Assembly: GCA_051362555.1 (NCBI GenBank) | Contig: CM120646.1 | Location: 14,384,001-14,448,000 of the forward strand | Length of the DNA: 64,000 nt | Direction: 5' to 3' | DNA from: Lingula anatina | Lineage: Eukaryota; Animalia; Brachiopoda | Shown here: piece after piece, positions 35,005-49,560 of the stretch | Layout of the letters: each line of letters opens with the position of its first letter | Numbering within the stretch: the first letter of the stretch is position 1 | Notes under the pieces: model-generated | What the model saw: only the letters and a program-made list of their open reading frames with translations | The model's database searches: none | Told to the model about the DNA's origin: nothing | Translations under genes and position numbers: made by a program

Positions 35005-38000
35005 CTGTAACATAATGAAAATATAATATAAAATAATACTATATGAAACTACGGTATAGTTTTATATGCCACTACACCTGATTACTTTAACACCTTATTG
35101 AAAATGACTTTTAAATCGAATGGTCGGTGATATATGTGGTAAACTATTTGAAGGAAAGCGCAGTTAGGAGCAAAGATAATATGTATTTTGAAATACTCAT
35201 AAATATGAAAATTTGAGGTTTTTAAAAGCTATCTGGGTATATGTTCACTGAAGCAATATTAAGATTGGTAATGCAACAGTAAAGAAAAATGGTAGCATTG
35301 CATTGGGAAGCTTTTTTCCCCTTTTTTCACAAGTCAATTTCATTATTTTCTCTACTAATGAATATGACATTTCAAACCAATAGGGTTGATTTTCCTTGTT
35401 ATAGTAGTACGCAAACGAACTAAGCATATCAACCTTTTTCATTGACGGTATCTTTCATGTAAATTGCCAATCTATATTTTATCTAACCCGGGATTGGATG
35501 GCGATATTTTCAGACAAATTACTCCTCATTACAGCGTAGTGCGGCCTACATGTACACAAATGATATTCTTGCTACGTTCATCACGTATTTGGTCAACAAA
35601 TCACCAAATGTTCCAATATCAAATGTGTTAGATAACCTCAATATGGCGGTGTTTTGACCGGTATCTGGGAGGGGTGATATTTGAGCATATTTAGCACTTA
35701 CACAACGTTTTGAATATATTTACATGTATGCGACAATAAATAAACAAGCCATGTTTGTATTGAAGTGACCATATAAGTTTCGCCTAAGTTATTTAGGCAT
35801 TATCTGTTTGCTATTAACCCTTATTGCTAAGCACTCTGGTGTTAATACAATTTTGCCTTAGTCTTTTGGCAATGAAATTATCTGTTTGCTATTAGCTTTA
35901 TTGGCAAAATAAACTGTGCTAGTTCTAGGCATTAAAACGTGTCTTTTGTTTCAAATATATCTCTCTGAGTACATTTTATTTCAGTATACTTGGCAACGTT
36001 GTAACTCTAAAAACCTTAGATACAGACATTTCAGTTTCAAACTCTTAAAGGGAAAATAATGCCTCCATACGCAGCCGTGAGGCATCTATTCAGCCAAGTT
36101 GCTTTCGAGACCTGCTTTAAAAACGCCGCTCTAAAACGAAACAAGCCATGTGAAAGCTCGGGAAACCTCATGCCCATCATACCAAGGAACAGGCCCATGG
36201 ACGGGCATTGTCCCTCGGCCGGTCTTGCATAACAGTATCAACAAGAAGGGAAATCTAATGCTAAGTACCCGTAAGAACGATGTCGGACGTGTTTACGTAT
36301 AACAACACCGGAATCTAAAGCAGTGTGGGTAAATCGCGGACCCATTGTCCCGGCTCCCTTACATAACAATCAGAAGCATGGAGAGTGGCCAGATTACAAT
36401 ACCTTGCTTAGCCTCTTGCAGTGTCTAATGCGTGAAAACAGTGCATTATCCACCGACCATAGGATCACCTTACAACAAAAACTTAGATCCCCTAGCCACT
36501 GAGTACGCCATCATCAAGCTGAATGGGAGCCATTTGAAACTCCGGAATCTGTCTTTTGGGCCAGCAGAGTAAAGAACTGTATATTTATCACAATGGGTAA
36601 TAGGCCTCCCGTCTTTCTTGAAATTTTGATATAAGTTCTGCGTTTGTAGAAGATGAAGTAATGAAGGTTTGTAAATTGTATTGCACGGATGTGACCGAAT
36701 ACCAGGGCAGAGCGGGTATTGAAAGGGCGTGACTGTTTCAAGGTAGCTTTTTGTCAGTGCAATTTACCGACAATAGAAGCACCTCATATTGTTTCTTCTG
36801 CATATAGCATGAATAGGTCTTATGATTACTACCTGGTTAAAATATCCCCTCCTACAATTTTGAAAACGAGAAACTCGTGTTTATGACATTGTATATTTTC
36901 AGAGGGAAATTTCCATAAATACAATAGAAAAGGAAGACAGCATTACTAATTCATTCCAAATCGGTATATTTTCCAACATCATATGCTGATTTCAACAATG
37001 AAATGGTGTTATACACAGGCAGATTTGCTTTTTTGGGACATTTCATCGCCCTTTTCAGTAGACACATTTTCATTAAATACCAGTAGTCGTCCGATATTGA
37101 TGTTTGTAAGAAGGTCAAGCTATGTCCGTTGGTGATGCAAAAATTAGTGATGTTGAATAAATCTCTTAGGGAAATAATGATCGGAGATGCTGAACAATAA
37201 CGTGTAGTACTAGTGCAGAAGTTTTAGCAATAACCTTGCGTAACTGTCAATTAAATGTGTTAACAGTAAAGACCGATTTTCTGCGTGATTTGACAAGATA
37301 TTAGCTTTTTTGAAGACGATTAGACCCAAACCACAAAATTAACACGACGGAACAAGGCACATTCGAGAAAAATCGTTTACACAAACTTGCTACATAAACA
37401 AAGTTGAGTCAATTCTCCTCAATGTCACGAGCTGAGATATTTATTCAGGTATTGTTGTTCCACTGTCAGGTTCAAATGTTGAATATTTTAAACAGAGCGG
37501 GGAAATAATAAAGAGAGAGCCTGCTGTTTACGTGTGTGTATAAATATTTAAGTCGAACTAAAGTACAAGCCGTGACTGTTGCTTTTGATAAATGAAACAT
37601 GAAATACTTAATGAAGTAACAGTATTCACACCCCGTGAACAATTATCCAATGATGTTTTAATAAACATTGCTATCCGCACCTGTTAGATTCAAAAAGATT
37701 TAATCCATCAATAATTCATAAAAATGACAACCCAAAAGATCATTTGTGGTGTTTTTCTAATAAATAATGCATTGCCTACTTGTTTTTGTTTTGGTCTTGA
37801 CTACGATAGTTTACTCCTTTTTGGAGCTAATTAGCGTAATTAAGCTATCTAGAATCACGTCACACCGTAAGGATGTTTCAAATTCAGCTCCAGTATTCAA
37901 CTGAATGTTTGTGGAATATTGTTATCGTAGTGTCGTTGTCAAATTATCCATTTTTCTTGTTATTTTTACTACAAAGGTTGTATTTGGCTATCAATTCTTT

Positions 38001-41000
38001 TTCTGCTAATTAATGTTTTTACAAGCGGTAAAAATCGGAAGGATTTTAGGAATCACACAGGGATTGTTTAAATCTACAGAAGAAAAATGCCACTAGTGAC
38101 TGGAATTAAGAAATATTGTTTAATTTGTGCATAAACCAATGACTGTTTAATTGGCATTTAATTAGGTTGAAAATGTTTTAAATCATCATACTGGGTATAT
38201 TTATATATGGAAATCAGGCTGAATGAAAAATATTTCAGATATTCTTTTTGTAACAGATTCAGAACAAATGTGTTTCATGTCAGATGGACCTCGTTCTACT
38301 GCGATTTATCCCAAAGGATATATTCCTGGTTACTATGTTGGAAAAATGGTGAATATTTTTTGCAGTTAGTTACGATTTCTTCCCTGCTCAATTCTAACAA
38401 TTTTACAACTTATCTCTGTATTCAATTAGTTTTTATTCTTTTCATATTTCCGCCAGTAATACTCGCTAAAATTCAATAAAAAAAAAAAAAATCGGGCCTA
38501 TGTTTACATTCATATCGAGAAAAACTGACCCCTGACGTCTAAGGTACCGGTGATAAAACCTCCGCTTAAAACGGGTCAAATTAGTTTGCCGTCAGGCTTA
38601 ACACGATGCATAAACAACCTGGACATGTTGCATATTGATTATATATTACCCATGTCTACCTGCGAACGTTTACAGTAAAAAGCAAGCAACACACTTTATC
38701 GAAAGGGCAACGGTTTTCTTAACATATTTATCTTTCGACACTGTGAACAAAATGCTATTTGGACAGTCTCGAATGTTCCAAATACTAGGGTGCCGACAAA
38801 GAAGGGTGACTCATTTCGTCTCTTAGTTAGCATAATATATTTGTACATTTGTTTAACCTTGCCTTCCAAATGCTTGAACAATATTGCTGAAGGCACAGCG
38901 TTTAACTTCGCCGAGTCGTTGCACGGAGAGATGTACCGCCTATTTTTTTTTACCTACGTTGAACGAAAGTATGCAGTTGTTTGAGGGTCAGTGAAAGATC
39001 GTAGAGTACATTAGGACGAAGGCAAAATAAAACCTATTATATATTTTACCGGTAAAGAAGTAACATCATATATATGTGACAGAGACTCGCGATATGCATA
39101 TTAATTTCTTTTATTCAATGCAAAGACAACCTTATTTGATTAAAATATATGCTTTAAAAGAGATAATTTATGAGGTGTGAGGCGATATATTATGTGTTTT
39201 TCAAATGATAAGTGTCGCGCATATTACTCGGAGAGCCTCCGGAGTTGCTTCGACAGTTGCTTCCTGATATACTACATTCTATTCGGAAGTTGCTTTGATT
39301 GTGCATATACCTAAGGGGCACTACCCAAAAATGTATGTGCATCCTTTTATCGAATAAAATGATCTGTTACTTATTCATACAACAAATGTGCGTCGTACAA
39401 AAAGATGACAGTGCACCTTTCAGTTCGAAAACCACGTGTGTTTTCCAAGTTTACACACAACATCACTTATCGCCAACACATGTTCCTTTCGTGTGTCTAA
39501 CACGCTGTATCACCCAATGTGTCGATCAAACCAAGTAAATCACTGCTGTCCCACATCCCTCCGTGCTCCATCTCCCCGAACTTATCACGCTTATCAAAGG
39601 CAATTGCATCACGGGCACTTGAACGCCCAAGAGCCTCATCTACAACGAGGCATGTAATCGCGCGATGAGGTAGCTCCATCAGCTGAAGCGTGTTTGACAA
39701 CATGTACATGGTTTGATCCCTAGCATTGGGGTTATCGGCGGCCACACTTGACATGTGTGAGGACCACAAGCCCTTGCTAGTACTATCTGCACTACAAATG
39801 AGGAAACGATAAGGGGGCTGTGAGGAACGGTGACATCACGGTTGCGCACCTGTCATTTGGGATGACTCTGGAGTTCAACGGAACTTTTTTTGAACTATTG
39901 CGAAATGAGATGAAGAAATCGGTGATGCTGTATGATAATGATAGTAACCCAATACGGGGATACGTGCTTACTGTTTTAAGATATCAGTCACCTTTACATT
40001 ATGTTATTATATTTGTATTAAGCTATTTAGGAAGCCGACGTTGTTTTTATATTGCCAATCTTCTATTTCTCGTTTGCAAATAATGTCAATCATAAGAGTC
40101 TTCAGTGTTTGTAAAATGCTGTTTTGTTTGCATGTAACTACTCCATTTTCTTCAGACAATTTATCCGAAATTGACCTAACTTCGAAATTTGCCATCATCG
40201 TGACACGTGTTCGCTGCCATCTAACCTATTATAAAAATCGCTGATTTTGGATTTTGTTTCTAATGTGTGCTACTGTATTATACAGGACAAGGGATATTTT
40301 ACAGCATAAGATGTAGGGATATCACCTAAAAGAATTTTATGCAACAAAACTAGTACAGTGCAGAGAAAAAGTGCAGAGATGAATTTCATTTCAAGTGTGT
40401 TATGAATAACATACGCGTGGTTATTAAAAAAAATAATAATTTCGGTCAGATAGTTATCCGCTCGCTAGTGCTGTTTCTTTTTATAGTTCCATGGAATGGA
40501 CCTGTGCACCTGCTTAAACTTTACAGATAACGCAGACCTCGTTTATCCCCAAGCTAATCATTATCTAGGGGTAGCCCTGCACTTAGAATTTAACGACACG
40601 ATACAAATTCTACACTTCTTCCTATGTTACTGTATACAATGGAATTTGATTTTATGTAGTTTCAGTATTTGTCAACTGGTTTTGGTTTTACAGTTCAACC
40701 GGTCAACGTTAATCTTTTGGATATTATTTGCACTATGTTTCGTATATGTTTATGGGAGTTTTATTTCATTTCAAGTGTGTGAGAATTGAGATTAGAATGG
40801 TTAAACATTTTTATAACCAAGGCGATCGTTTCAGGACAACGGACGATACTAGACCGCTCCGGCAACAAAATGGCTTCAAATTTGCATTGCACAATTACAG
40901 TAAAACATACGTAGAATTCTGACACAAGGATAATGTACAGTGACACGTAAAAAATACTACGTAAAGTTAGACATTTTATACCAAGACGAACATGCTCTGC

Positions 41001-44000
41001 TTTCACTCAGCTCCCGTAAGTCGGCATCATACTTTCAAGATAGTTCTACAAATTTTCAGAAAGTTTGACATCTACTAAATAGTGTGACAGAATTGCAATT
41101 GAGACAAGATTTATATAACTGTTCTAATCTAACACTGATTGAAAGCCAGACGTGTCTAACAGCTTATTTTCACTTCACCATGTTGACTTTCAATGATCGC
41201 CGCTAACATTGCTGACCTACTGACACCAGCGGCTCGAGTGGTCAAGTTCTAGCTGCCCGTTTACTGGCCATTACAACCTTAAGGGAGTATACACCTATAA
41301 GTTGTCTTATGCAATTCTTATCTGACTTGTTTAACTGTGCAAATTCTTCAAACGTGTCAATTTATGACTTAATAAAGTGGACATATCAACAGCGTTGTCC
41401 GGCATCGACGACACTCTATTGCTATTCGCGTTGAGAGCCTTATGTGAATACAAGTTGCCAAATGAATGTTGGATACGACCCGATACGCTGCCTAAGTAGA
41501 GATATTCCGTAAGGTATCGTAATCAAATTTGGGACAGTAAAATTAATATTTGTGTTGCTCATGTAAGAAACCCTTCACACGGAGAGCAGTCAAATACAAT
41601 ACTTGGGTCGTTTCTACCTTCTTCGCACACTGTGTTATTGTAAGTGATGTAACTGCTTGCCACTGGTTTTCCAGCTTCAAGCCCGATCAGAAACGGATAA
41701 ATGAATGAATTCATTAGTATAACAGATTATATTTTTGCTTTTTTAAGGTTATAAAGTTAATATCGTTATTGTACATTTAATTAAAACCTTCCACCAACTG
41801 AAAATGCACTTTCTGATGATTTAAACATAGGTATGAATGTTCGACTGTATACATTAAAATGCACAGAAAACACCGAATTTTTGTTGTGAAGTAAAAATAA
41901 AATGACTGATTTAAATAACCAGCAGTTTTTTTTAGCAAATTCCGTACAGAAAATCATCCGAATAATGCAATGCAAACTTTTTTTTCAAAAATAAATTTTC
42001 CTAGAGGAAAAACGCCCTTTCGTTTGAGACACATTTGTTGAAAAAAAAAGTCTAGCTTTCCTTCAAGTCATGGGAACCGCGAGAAACACACGGTGTTTAC
42101 GAACCTTTATCACAAACAGCCACGTGTGCTTTAAAGCTCTCATAAATTTTGTTACTTATTTGTTAACTTTCGGCACTTTCAAAGCACGGGCTGTGTAGGC
42201 TTATCTGTGCGAACGTGCTATTCCTGCCGGGCAACGAAAGTGGGGCTGCCGCTCCGTATTTACCGAGCTTTCCAGCGTCTGGGGGCAAGTCACATGGACG
42301 ACTATAAAAAGAGTCCACCAATGGCTTAGCATGGATGTGTTATATTGACAGAGCTTCGGTTCGTCTGGCTTTGGCAGCTCTGTTTGGCTGTCCATGCTGC
42401 AGTATCTTATCGTTAATTTAAAATTTACTTCAAGGGGGAATTAAACTGTACACTATTTTCGATGGGCACTAAAGCCTTACATCCGGCCCCTTGTTGATAT
42501 GATTTTAAGTAAGTTTGCAAAGTTTCGATATCGCTGGATTCTACTCTTTATTTGGGACCACGTATTCAAAGTGACTTCATTTCCGACCAGGAATAACTAT
42601 AGTATGAACATCGCTTTTTCACCACAACAACGTATTCAACAAAACAAAACCCGACTGTCACTGCCATTTAGTGACATATCAATGTCACAACTGTTGACTT
42701 AGGCACTGCAGAACAATTTCTCAATCCACCCATCTTTTTCTATACCCATCTCTTTCTAAAACATGGAGAACCACAGTGACACTGATCTAACAGAGGTTGA
42801 CAAAAATCTCGGCCCAACAGGTGCGCGGATGACATTGTTGACGTTATGTTTCTGAGGTCAGCTCGGTAGCACATTAGGTGATCAAATTCCTTTCAGTCAC
42901 ACTGAGAAAATAGTCTGTACTGTTTGTAGAACTGTCTGGAGCATTGTCGTCACTGTTTTCCTAGGTGGTAGGCAGAAAATCGCTAAAACACATTTTCAAG
43001 CCACACTTGCATCGAACTGTACGTGTCTCTGATATGGTTAAGTATTTAAGGGCTTTTACTTTTCAGCAGGTCGCGCGGCCAATGGGCATTGCGTTTTGAT
43101 TTTTTAAAGATAGCTGTGTCAATTAGACATGCAATTTAGAAAGCATGAACTCTGATATTTGTCTCTGAATTGGGCCATATTTTGTTGAAGTAGAGTGTAC
43201 CTGGATGAATACTGATATTGTGACATTCACAGTGAATATATTTTGCTTAACACATTGATGATATCATTGCCAAATTAAAAGAGCTGCTGTTTTGCTGAAA
43301 GTTGTAACTTTAAACTATTCTTATCACTAAATAATATCCATTACTTCAAACAGCATATGTATTTTATATTTATGATTGAGGGTCTTAATGAAGATGCTTT
43401 TTATTTGCTTATATTTTCGGTGAAACGTCTTAAGTGCACGACAAGTCTTTTCAACAGAATGGAGAGAGAGCTGCATAAGTATTGTTTATTATCCAGAAAA
43501 AATTTAAAATTATATATTTCAAGATTTTTTGTACACGTTTTACTTTGAAGACAGAGACAAAAGTTTGCAATAATTACCGCGTTCAAAATTGAAGCCAATT
43601 GTTTTTTAATTTATTCTAATTTTATTCTCTTTTTGCAAAACAAGGAAATAGCCTTTCTGGAAATCTAGACGTGCGTTAGTTGACACATAGTTGCGCTGGA
43701 ATGTTCTTCTTTTATCTTTCAAGTATCATCGAGGACGCCGTATATTATATCAAAACACGTTTTTGACGTAGTTAATCCCAAATTCTGCAATTGTAGATTG
43801 AATTAGCCCCATTAAACAAAGTGTAAAGAAGCTAAGTGCCTCTAAAGACTTATTTATTAGCAATCGAATGGCGGCGATCGAGACAGTGAACATACAATGG
43901 GAAAAGATAGCTTTCCAATACAGCGCCTTTCACCCTCTCGACCCCGTCTCACGCTTACAATGCAAAAAATTGATCAGGTTCCTTTGTGCGAATTAAGTAT

Positions 44001-47000
44001 TATGAACCCCCGCTGTGTGGACGTCTTTCTCTTTTCCACAATCACTTACAATAGCAACAACAATGCAAAGAAAGGAGAAAAAGCGAAGATGTAGTTTATT
44101 GCTATTATACGCCACCAACCGGCGTGTGAGGAGGTTGAGGTGGCCGATTATCGCTGCTCCTCGCAGCCGACTTAAATCAATATACTTTTAAAAGTCGAAA
44201 AGGGCTTATGGTCCCCTTAAAGCCTAGACCCAGGCAGGGGGTGAGCTGCCGACTATATTAAACATTCTGATAGGTTTTTATGCGTCTTGAGTTATACTTA
44301 TCCCCCTGTTCATATCCTTTTTTGTTTGCCCGTCTATAAAAGCTGCATGATTAAGTAGGTTCAGAAGGTGCAGAATTTCAGCCAAATTAAGAAGGGAACA
44401 CGGTTGAGAGAGGGTGTCAAATTTTACGAGTGAAATTTGCGTGAAATTTACAACAAATATTGCTCAAAAATCAATACGAAAAAGACACTCGAGTCGAGAG
44501 GTTGGTGACCGACGTTGTTAACTTAAACTCGAATTGTCTTCGACAGAAGAAGACAAATGTCTATCAAGGTGAACAACGAAGTCGCTTTTTGTGTTTGGCG
44601 AGGAAAAAACACCAATCCACGAGGGTCTAGGTCTATGACAATATTAACAGTGGATCGGATACCCGTGTTTTCGTCTCCGCCTTTTTAAAAAAGTGACTGA
44701 CACCACGGAAAACGACCCGTGAACCAGGACATTAGTTAATAAAGGTACGCAAAGGCACTGCTTCCCCTGTCCTCTCACATTCTTCTTCCTGATCATTGTT
44801 GATATACTACACCACGAAACGGCCCCTAACAATACCTGTAGTCCATAGCTCGACACCTAAGAACCGGTAAAATATTATGAGAAGTAAATTTGCTCGTTGC
44901 AAAAACAACGTGTCGGTTTAAGTAATATACTCCGATCAACACAATTTGTTAGGAAAGGGACAAGCGCCGGTCTATAGGGTTTCAGTACTTATACTTTTAT
45001 GTTGATCTAAGCTACTTGGGCGTGAAAACGGGTTGCAAAGGCGCGTATGCGCTCCCCATTCATTGGGTGTAATTAACTTTTTTGCCACAGCAAATATTCC
45101 CCGAGTACTGACAACATTAGTTGTGCCATTGAGCGAAGGTGTTTAGAACACCAATTGGTCGTAAGCGAGTTTTAACACCGTTTTCAAAGCAGTGCAAATA
45201 TCTCTGCGTCTTAACATCCTGCCGCTGTCGCAGCGCTGTATAGATATCCCGGCGCATTGACTGAAGTACAAAATTAGCCTACCTTTTGACTAGCTGCACT
45301 TATTTTTACCTTGATTTCTTTATATAGTTTGTACTTCTTTCACGCACATAGTGACATGATGCAACTACGCGTGACCTAATCGACCATTTAAAGTGTCCAT
45401 AAAACCTAATCATATTAATTCAGCGGTTTAAGCAATTCCGACTTTTCCAATTCCGTAGGCCGATCAACCGGCCTTCGTGGTCATATCTAAGCTTACTTGA
45501 TGTACGAATTGGTTACGATATATTAATAATATGCACTATAAATGAGTGAGTTTGGAGGGTTTGGGGATCTAGTGTATTTGATAGTAAATCGCAACCCGAT
45601 TTTAGTAACCACGAGAAGCTATTCTTGAGACTGATATTTTACTTAGCTTGCGCAACACTCTCAAGGGAGACAAAATCAAAGGAATATTTTGCGGAGATAA
45701 TATTTTAGAGGATGTAGTAGACTTTATTTAACTTCAATAAAAACTGATTTTAGGCGTATTTCGCCCTACGCGCTCACAGTCTACATTTTGCGTAAATTGT
45801 GGAAAATTTAGAAAAAGGCACACCGTGTTTTTTAGAAATTCTGTAATTATTATACCGAAGACTGTAGAAGTGCCGAGCTCATAAAATGATTTTTACAATT
45901 TTTTAAACATAACTTAAAACACACTTCACATGCAAATTATTTTCAATGCCTCAAAATAACACTGAGACAGAATTGAGCAATTCTGATAAAAATACAAGCG
46001 AAGAAAAGTAGAAATTAAATCACTAGAACATATGGTAACAGCAGTAGTTTCAACAGAAAGGTGGCGATGCGTGGGCTTCTCAATGATACCACTGCCACCT
46101 CGCCGACAATCACACAAAATAAAATTAAGCTCAACACCTTATAACTTCACTCAAATTAAGACGGGTGGCTGAGTCAAGTACATGGAGATTTGAAAGTACA
46201 TCTGTGGTGCGGGGCGGTACACAATGCACAGGACCTAGTCAAAGATAATGCCAAATCGATCGATTTCTCACATATGGCTTAACAAGACTTTGTACTGCAT
46301 TTTAAAATGGGCATATGTCCTCATACCGCCAGTAGTTGACATCAAGCGAAGGAGTCCTCATACACTAAAATAATTTATATTTAAAAAAGTGTATTGCGTA
46401 ACTTAATCGACATATTGATATCAAAATAGATCAAACCATACCTTATACTTTGTTAAAGAAAATACAGAAATCGGGATTTTCGCACAAAAAAACAAGAAAC
46501 AGGTCTATGGGCTTATTATCTTTACTTTTTCCAATAATCTTAAGTTAAAATACTCCACATCGCTCATACTATTCATTTCACGTATGAACAAACTGAAATA
46601 TTTGAGTTCACATATTTAATATTCCCAAGATATAGTGACGCAGAACGAAAGAAAGGCAATCAGTTTCAATGCCATACCTGAATTGGTAGTTAAATACACT
46701 TTTGAAACATATACGTACAAATCTAAACAACGCGGTATTAAACATTAATGCTTTTTATTTGTTTGACTATCTGGATGAATGGGTAAGTGGTTTACTCTTT
46801 TTCCTAATGCCACGATGAAGTGACAAGAAAAGGGAACCCCGAAATATTCGACCATGCTATTATCAGTTTGCCACTCTCGCTCTACCGATTTTTCGATAGG
46901 CACAACACGGGGGCGCGACCCGATCATTTAAGCTTACTTGCACACCCTTAGTGAGCTCTTAGACGCCAGGATAGTCGTTTTCACGCGATTCTGGTAGGAT

Positions 47001-48266
47001 TCTCCGCTCTTTGCGGCACAATATATGCTGTTTTTTTTTCATTGTCAGAAAGATATGATTTACCCCAAGTTACTCTTCCGAAAATGAGAAGCCATGAAAT
47101 TACAGTGCCCCTACTCTTACATCGGCCTGCTACTTTTAATGTGCTGAAGTTCGAAGACTGACAATAAATATATATTTAGACGTTAACTATTTATCATTTT
47201 CCTCTCTTATCTCTTTTTCAACGTTTAACAAAAATGTGATCAATTATAAAGAACAAACATTCAAAATGTGTAATACACTGTACTTTTGAGTGGACTCGTT
47301 TGAACTACGGGTATTTATTTCACAATGGATATTTGAACTATGCTAGTAAAACGGAAGGCCTCCATTACAAACTTCTCTTGATATCGGTCTGTACTCTTGA
47401 CACATTTTATCTTATCAACAAAGTCTTTTACAGCAAATATGAATTCATATGAAAGTTTGGAGCTGCTTAGCAGGTCGGCTCATTAGTCGTTCTATCAAAT
47501 GCGTGATCGTAATTGATTTTCTCGTTTAAGAATTAATCTAATTCTTAATAACTTATATGCGCATTATTTCATTATTTTACAAAATCGCTATTTGGCTTTG
47601 ACAAACCCCACGCCAATAAGCCAAATATCCCTTGGTAGGTTTGTGAAAGTAATAAACCCATTTCAGTGAATTATCCCTGCGATAATAAACTTTCAGATGT
47701 CAGCGTTGTCAATCTCTCAATAACTTTAGCCGGCATGTAGAATACAATACAAACATATCGCCCGAGAGAGAAAGAAAGAGAGCAACATGGACGATGAATG
47801 AAACGTGTACTCCGAGTACTCATGGGGATTTTGTACCTCTATTCCTCCGTGATCCCCTATATCAATATAGTAAACAGTCCTAGTATAAGCGCTCTGCAAA
47901 ATGTCATAATCTCATATTACACGGCATTATCTAGATGAAGAGTGCTAAATAGGTGGCATTTCATACTAGCGTTAATCGGGCGGGGGGACTAAATAGTATT
48001 ATAACTAAGTACTAGAGGAGATAAAATAGTAGCACGTCCTAAGCGTGATGTTACGACCAAAGTCCAGGACTTGTAAACGATCTTAATATATATCATATTT
48101 ATAGAACGTCAGTGGTGTGCTACACTCGAAGAAAATCTCAGAGGGATGGTGCCCTGTCTCCTGCTAACTGTGAAACACCACGGCAGCAGCCGAGACCCAA
48201 ATCCAGAACTTCTTTTCCTGAAATCCAGAACTTTTTTTTTTTCACACACCGGATGATTCCACTTAC

Positions 48267-48578
48267 CTGCGTCATGATTCTGTCCTCCCCCGTGCCTTCT
48301 TCATCTCTGAAAACAATATCTGGGTTGTAATTTACTTTCAGATCTTTATATCTCGGGTCTGACTCGGTTATTTTTCCCTCGGCGGGGCCACTGGCTCCGA
48401 GTGTGTTCTCAGAGACGTTCGGGACCTGCTGTTTGAAGACGAGAGGGGTTAATTTCTTGGGTTTCCCCCTTCGGCCCGAGCCCCTACCCGGCCCGCATTG
48501 CACGGACGGCTGTGTGAGTAATAGAAATATAAGAGCCAAGGTTTGGCAAAGTTGACTGACTTTGTACATAGTGCCCAT
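48267..48578 (-). CDS. hh: Hedgehog exon 1 (signal peptide and N-terminal Hedge domain)
   Basis: ACCATGG Kozak start, signal peptide, CGPGRG palmitoylation site, basic RRGKPKKL motif, [27 protein letters not shown], donor CAG|GTAAGT. 312 nt. Total CDS 1254 nt (417 aa). Confidence 0.99.
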
Positions 48579-49560
48579 GGTAGCGATCCTGACGCTACTG
48601 CCGTTGCTGATGAAGGGGTGAAGATAATGAACCGCCTGTTCCTCCTTAACGAATTCACCGAATCTCTCCTTCTCTCCTTCCTTCGCTACCTAGTATTAAT
48701 CATGTGCGTGAGGCGACTAGTCCGCTTTTCGTCGCATTACCTGGTCTAACCAGTAGAGAAACAAGGCCCAGAGAGGCATACCATGACTCAGATTTCCTCG
48801 TGTCTCTTGAAGGAACAAGGTCCCAGTCCTGCTTCCAACCTTTTAAATATCCCACCACGACGTGCTGCTTTGAGGACCCCGACTCAATCACAAGAGAAAT
48901 AACAAAATAAAATAAATTCGATTGGCTGTTAACAGCGACAAGTTGCGTCGATAGGTTTGTCACCACTGAAGAGTCCGGTGTGAAAAAAAAAAAAGCAACT
49001 CCACTCACTCTCTGGTATAAAACTGGCTTTACTTAGCCTCTCTGCTCCTAGCTGTCTCCCCTGCCTTAGCTCACCTCACCGGCCGTTGCTCAACTCCGTA
49101 TTGATCAAAAGCACACGTTGGGGATATTAATAACGGAGCGACACGGGAAAAATTCACAGAGCAAACAAACCCCGCTATCCAAACAGGTCGAGATGTGACA
49201 GATGACGCGATTGGTTCGCAGTGTTTGCTAGTCGTTTAATGCTGTCCCGCCTCTTGGTCTGAATGGTTTAATGGGCCCCTCTCGACGAAACCCTGTTAAG
49301 GGCGATTCTGTCGGCACCCACGGTCAATTAGTAAGCTTTATATCGACGGAGTTGTACTTTTCATGCTTCGCCTCAACCAAACCGTGTGTGGGAATATTTG
49401 CTTGAGCTCCCGCCTATACTTAGAAATGGCTCTCTGAAAAAAAAAAGAAAAGAAGAAAAATTACATTTTTTGAAAAATGAATCATTTCTTCACTGTTAGT
49501 TTTTATCCGACTTCTATGTCACTTCAGTGTGTGGGAACCCATTTTGAAAATAAAAATAGA
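48579..49560 (-). promoter_or_regulatory. hedgehog 5' UTR and proximal promoter region (TSS not resolved)
   Basis: GC/CpG-enriched relative to flanks. CCAAT boxes near 48921 and 49211, GGCGGGA boxes near 49245 and 49408, TATAAAG on the minus strand near 49342-49336, and two TGTGGGAA motifs. Confidence 0.5.

Noticed and set aside
39299-40244. Cluster of overlapping short ORFs in hh intron 1
   Set aside because: No recognisable transposase or other domain and no clear TIRs. It cannot be classified from sequence alone.
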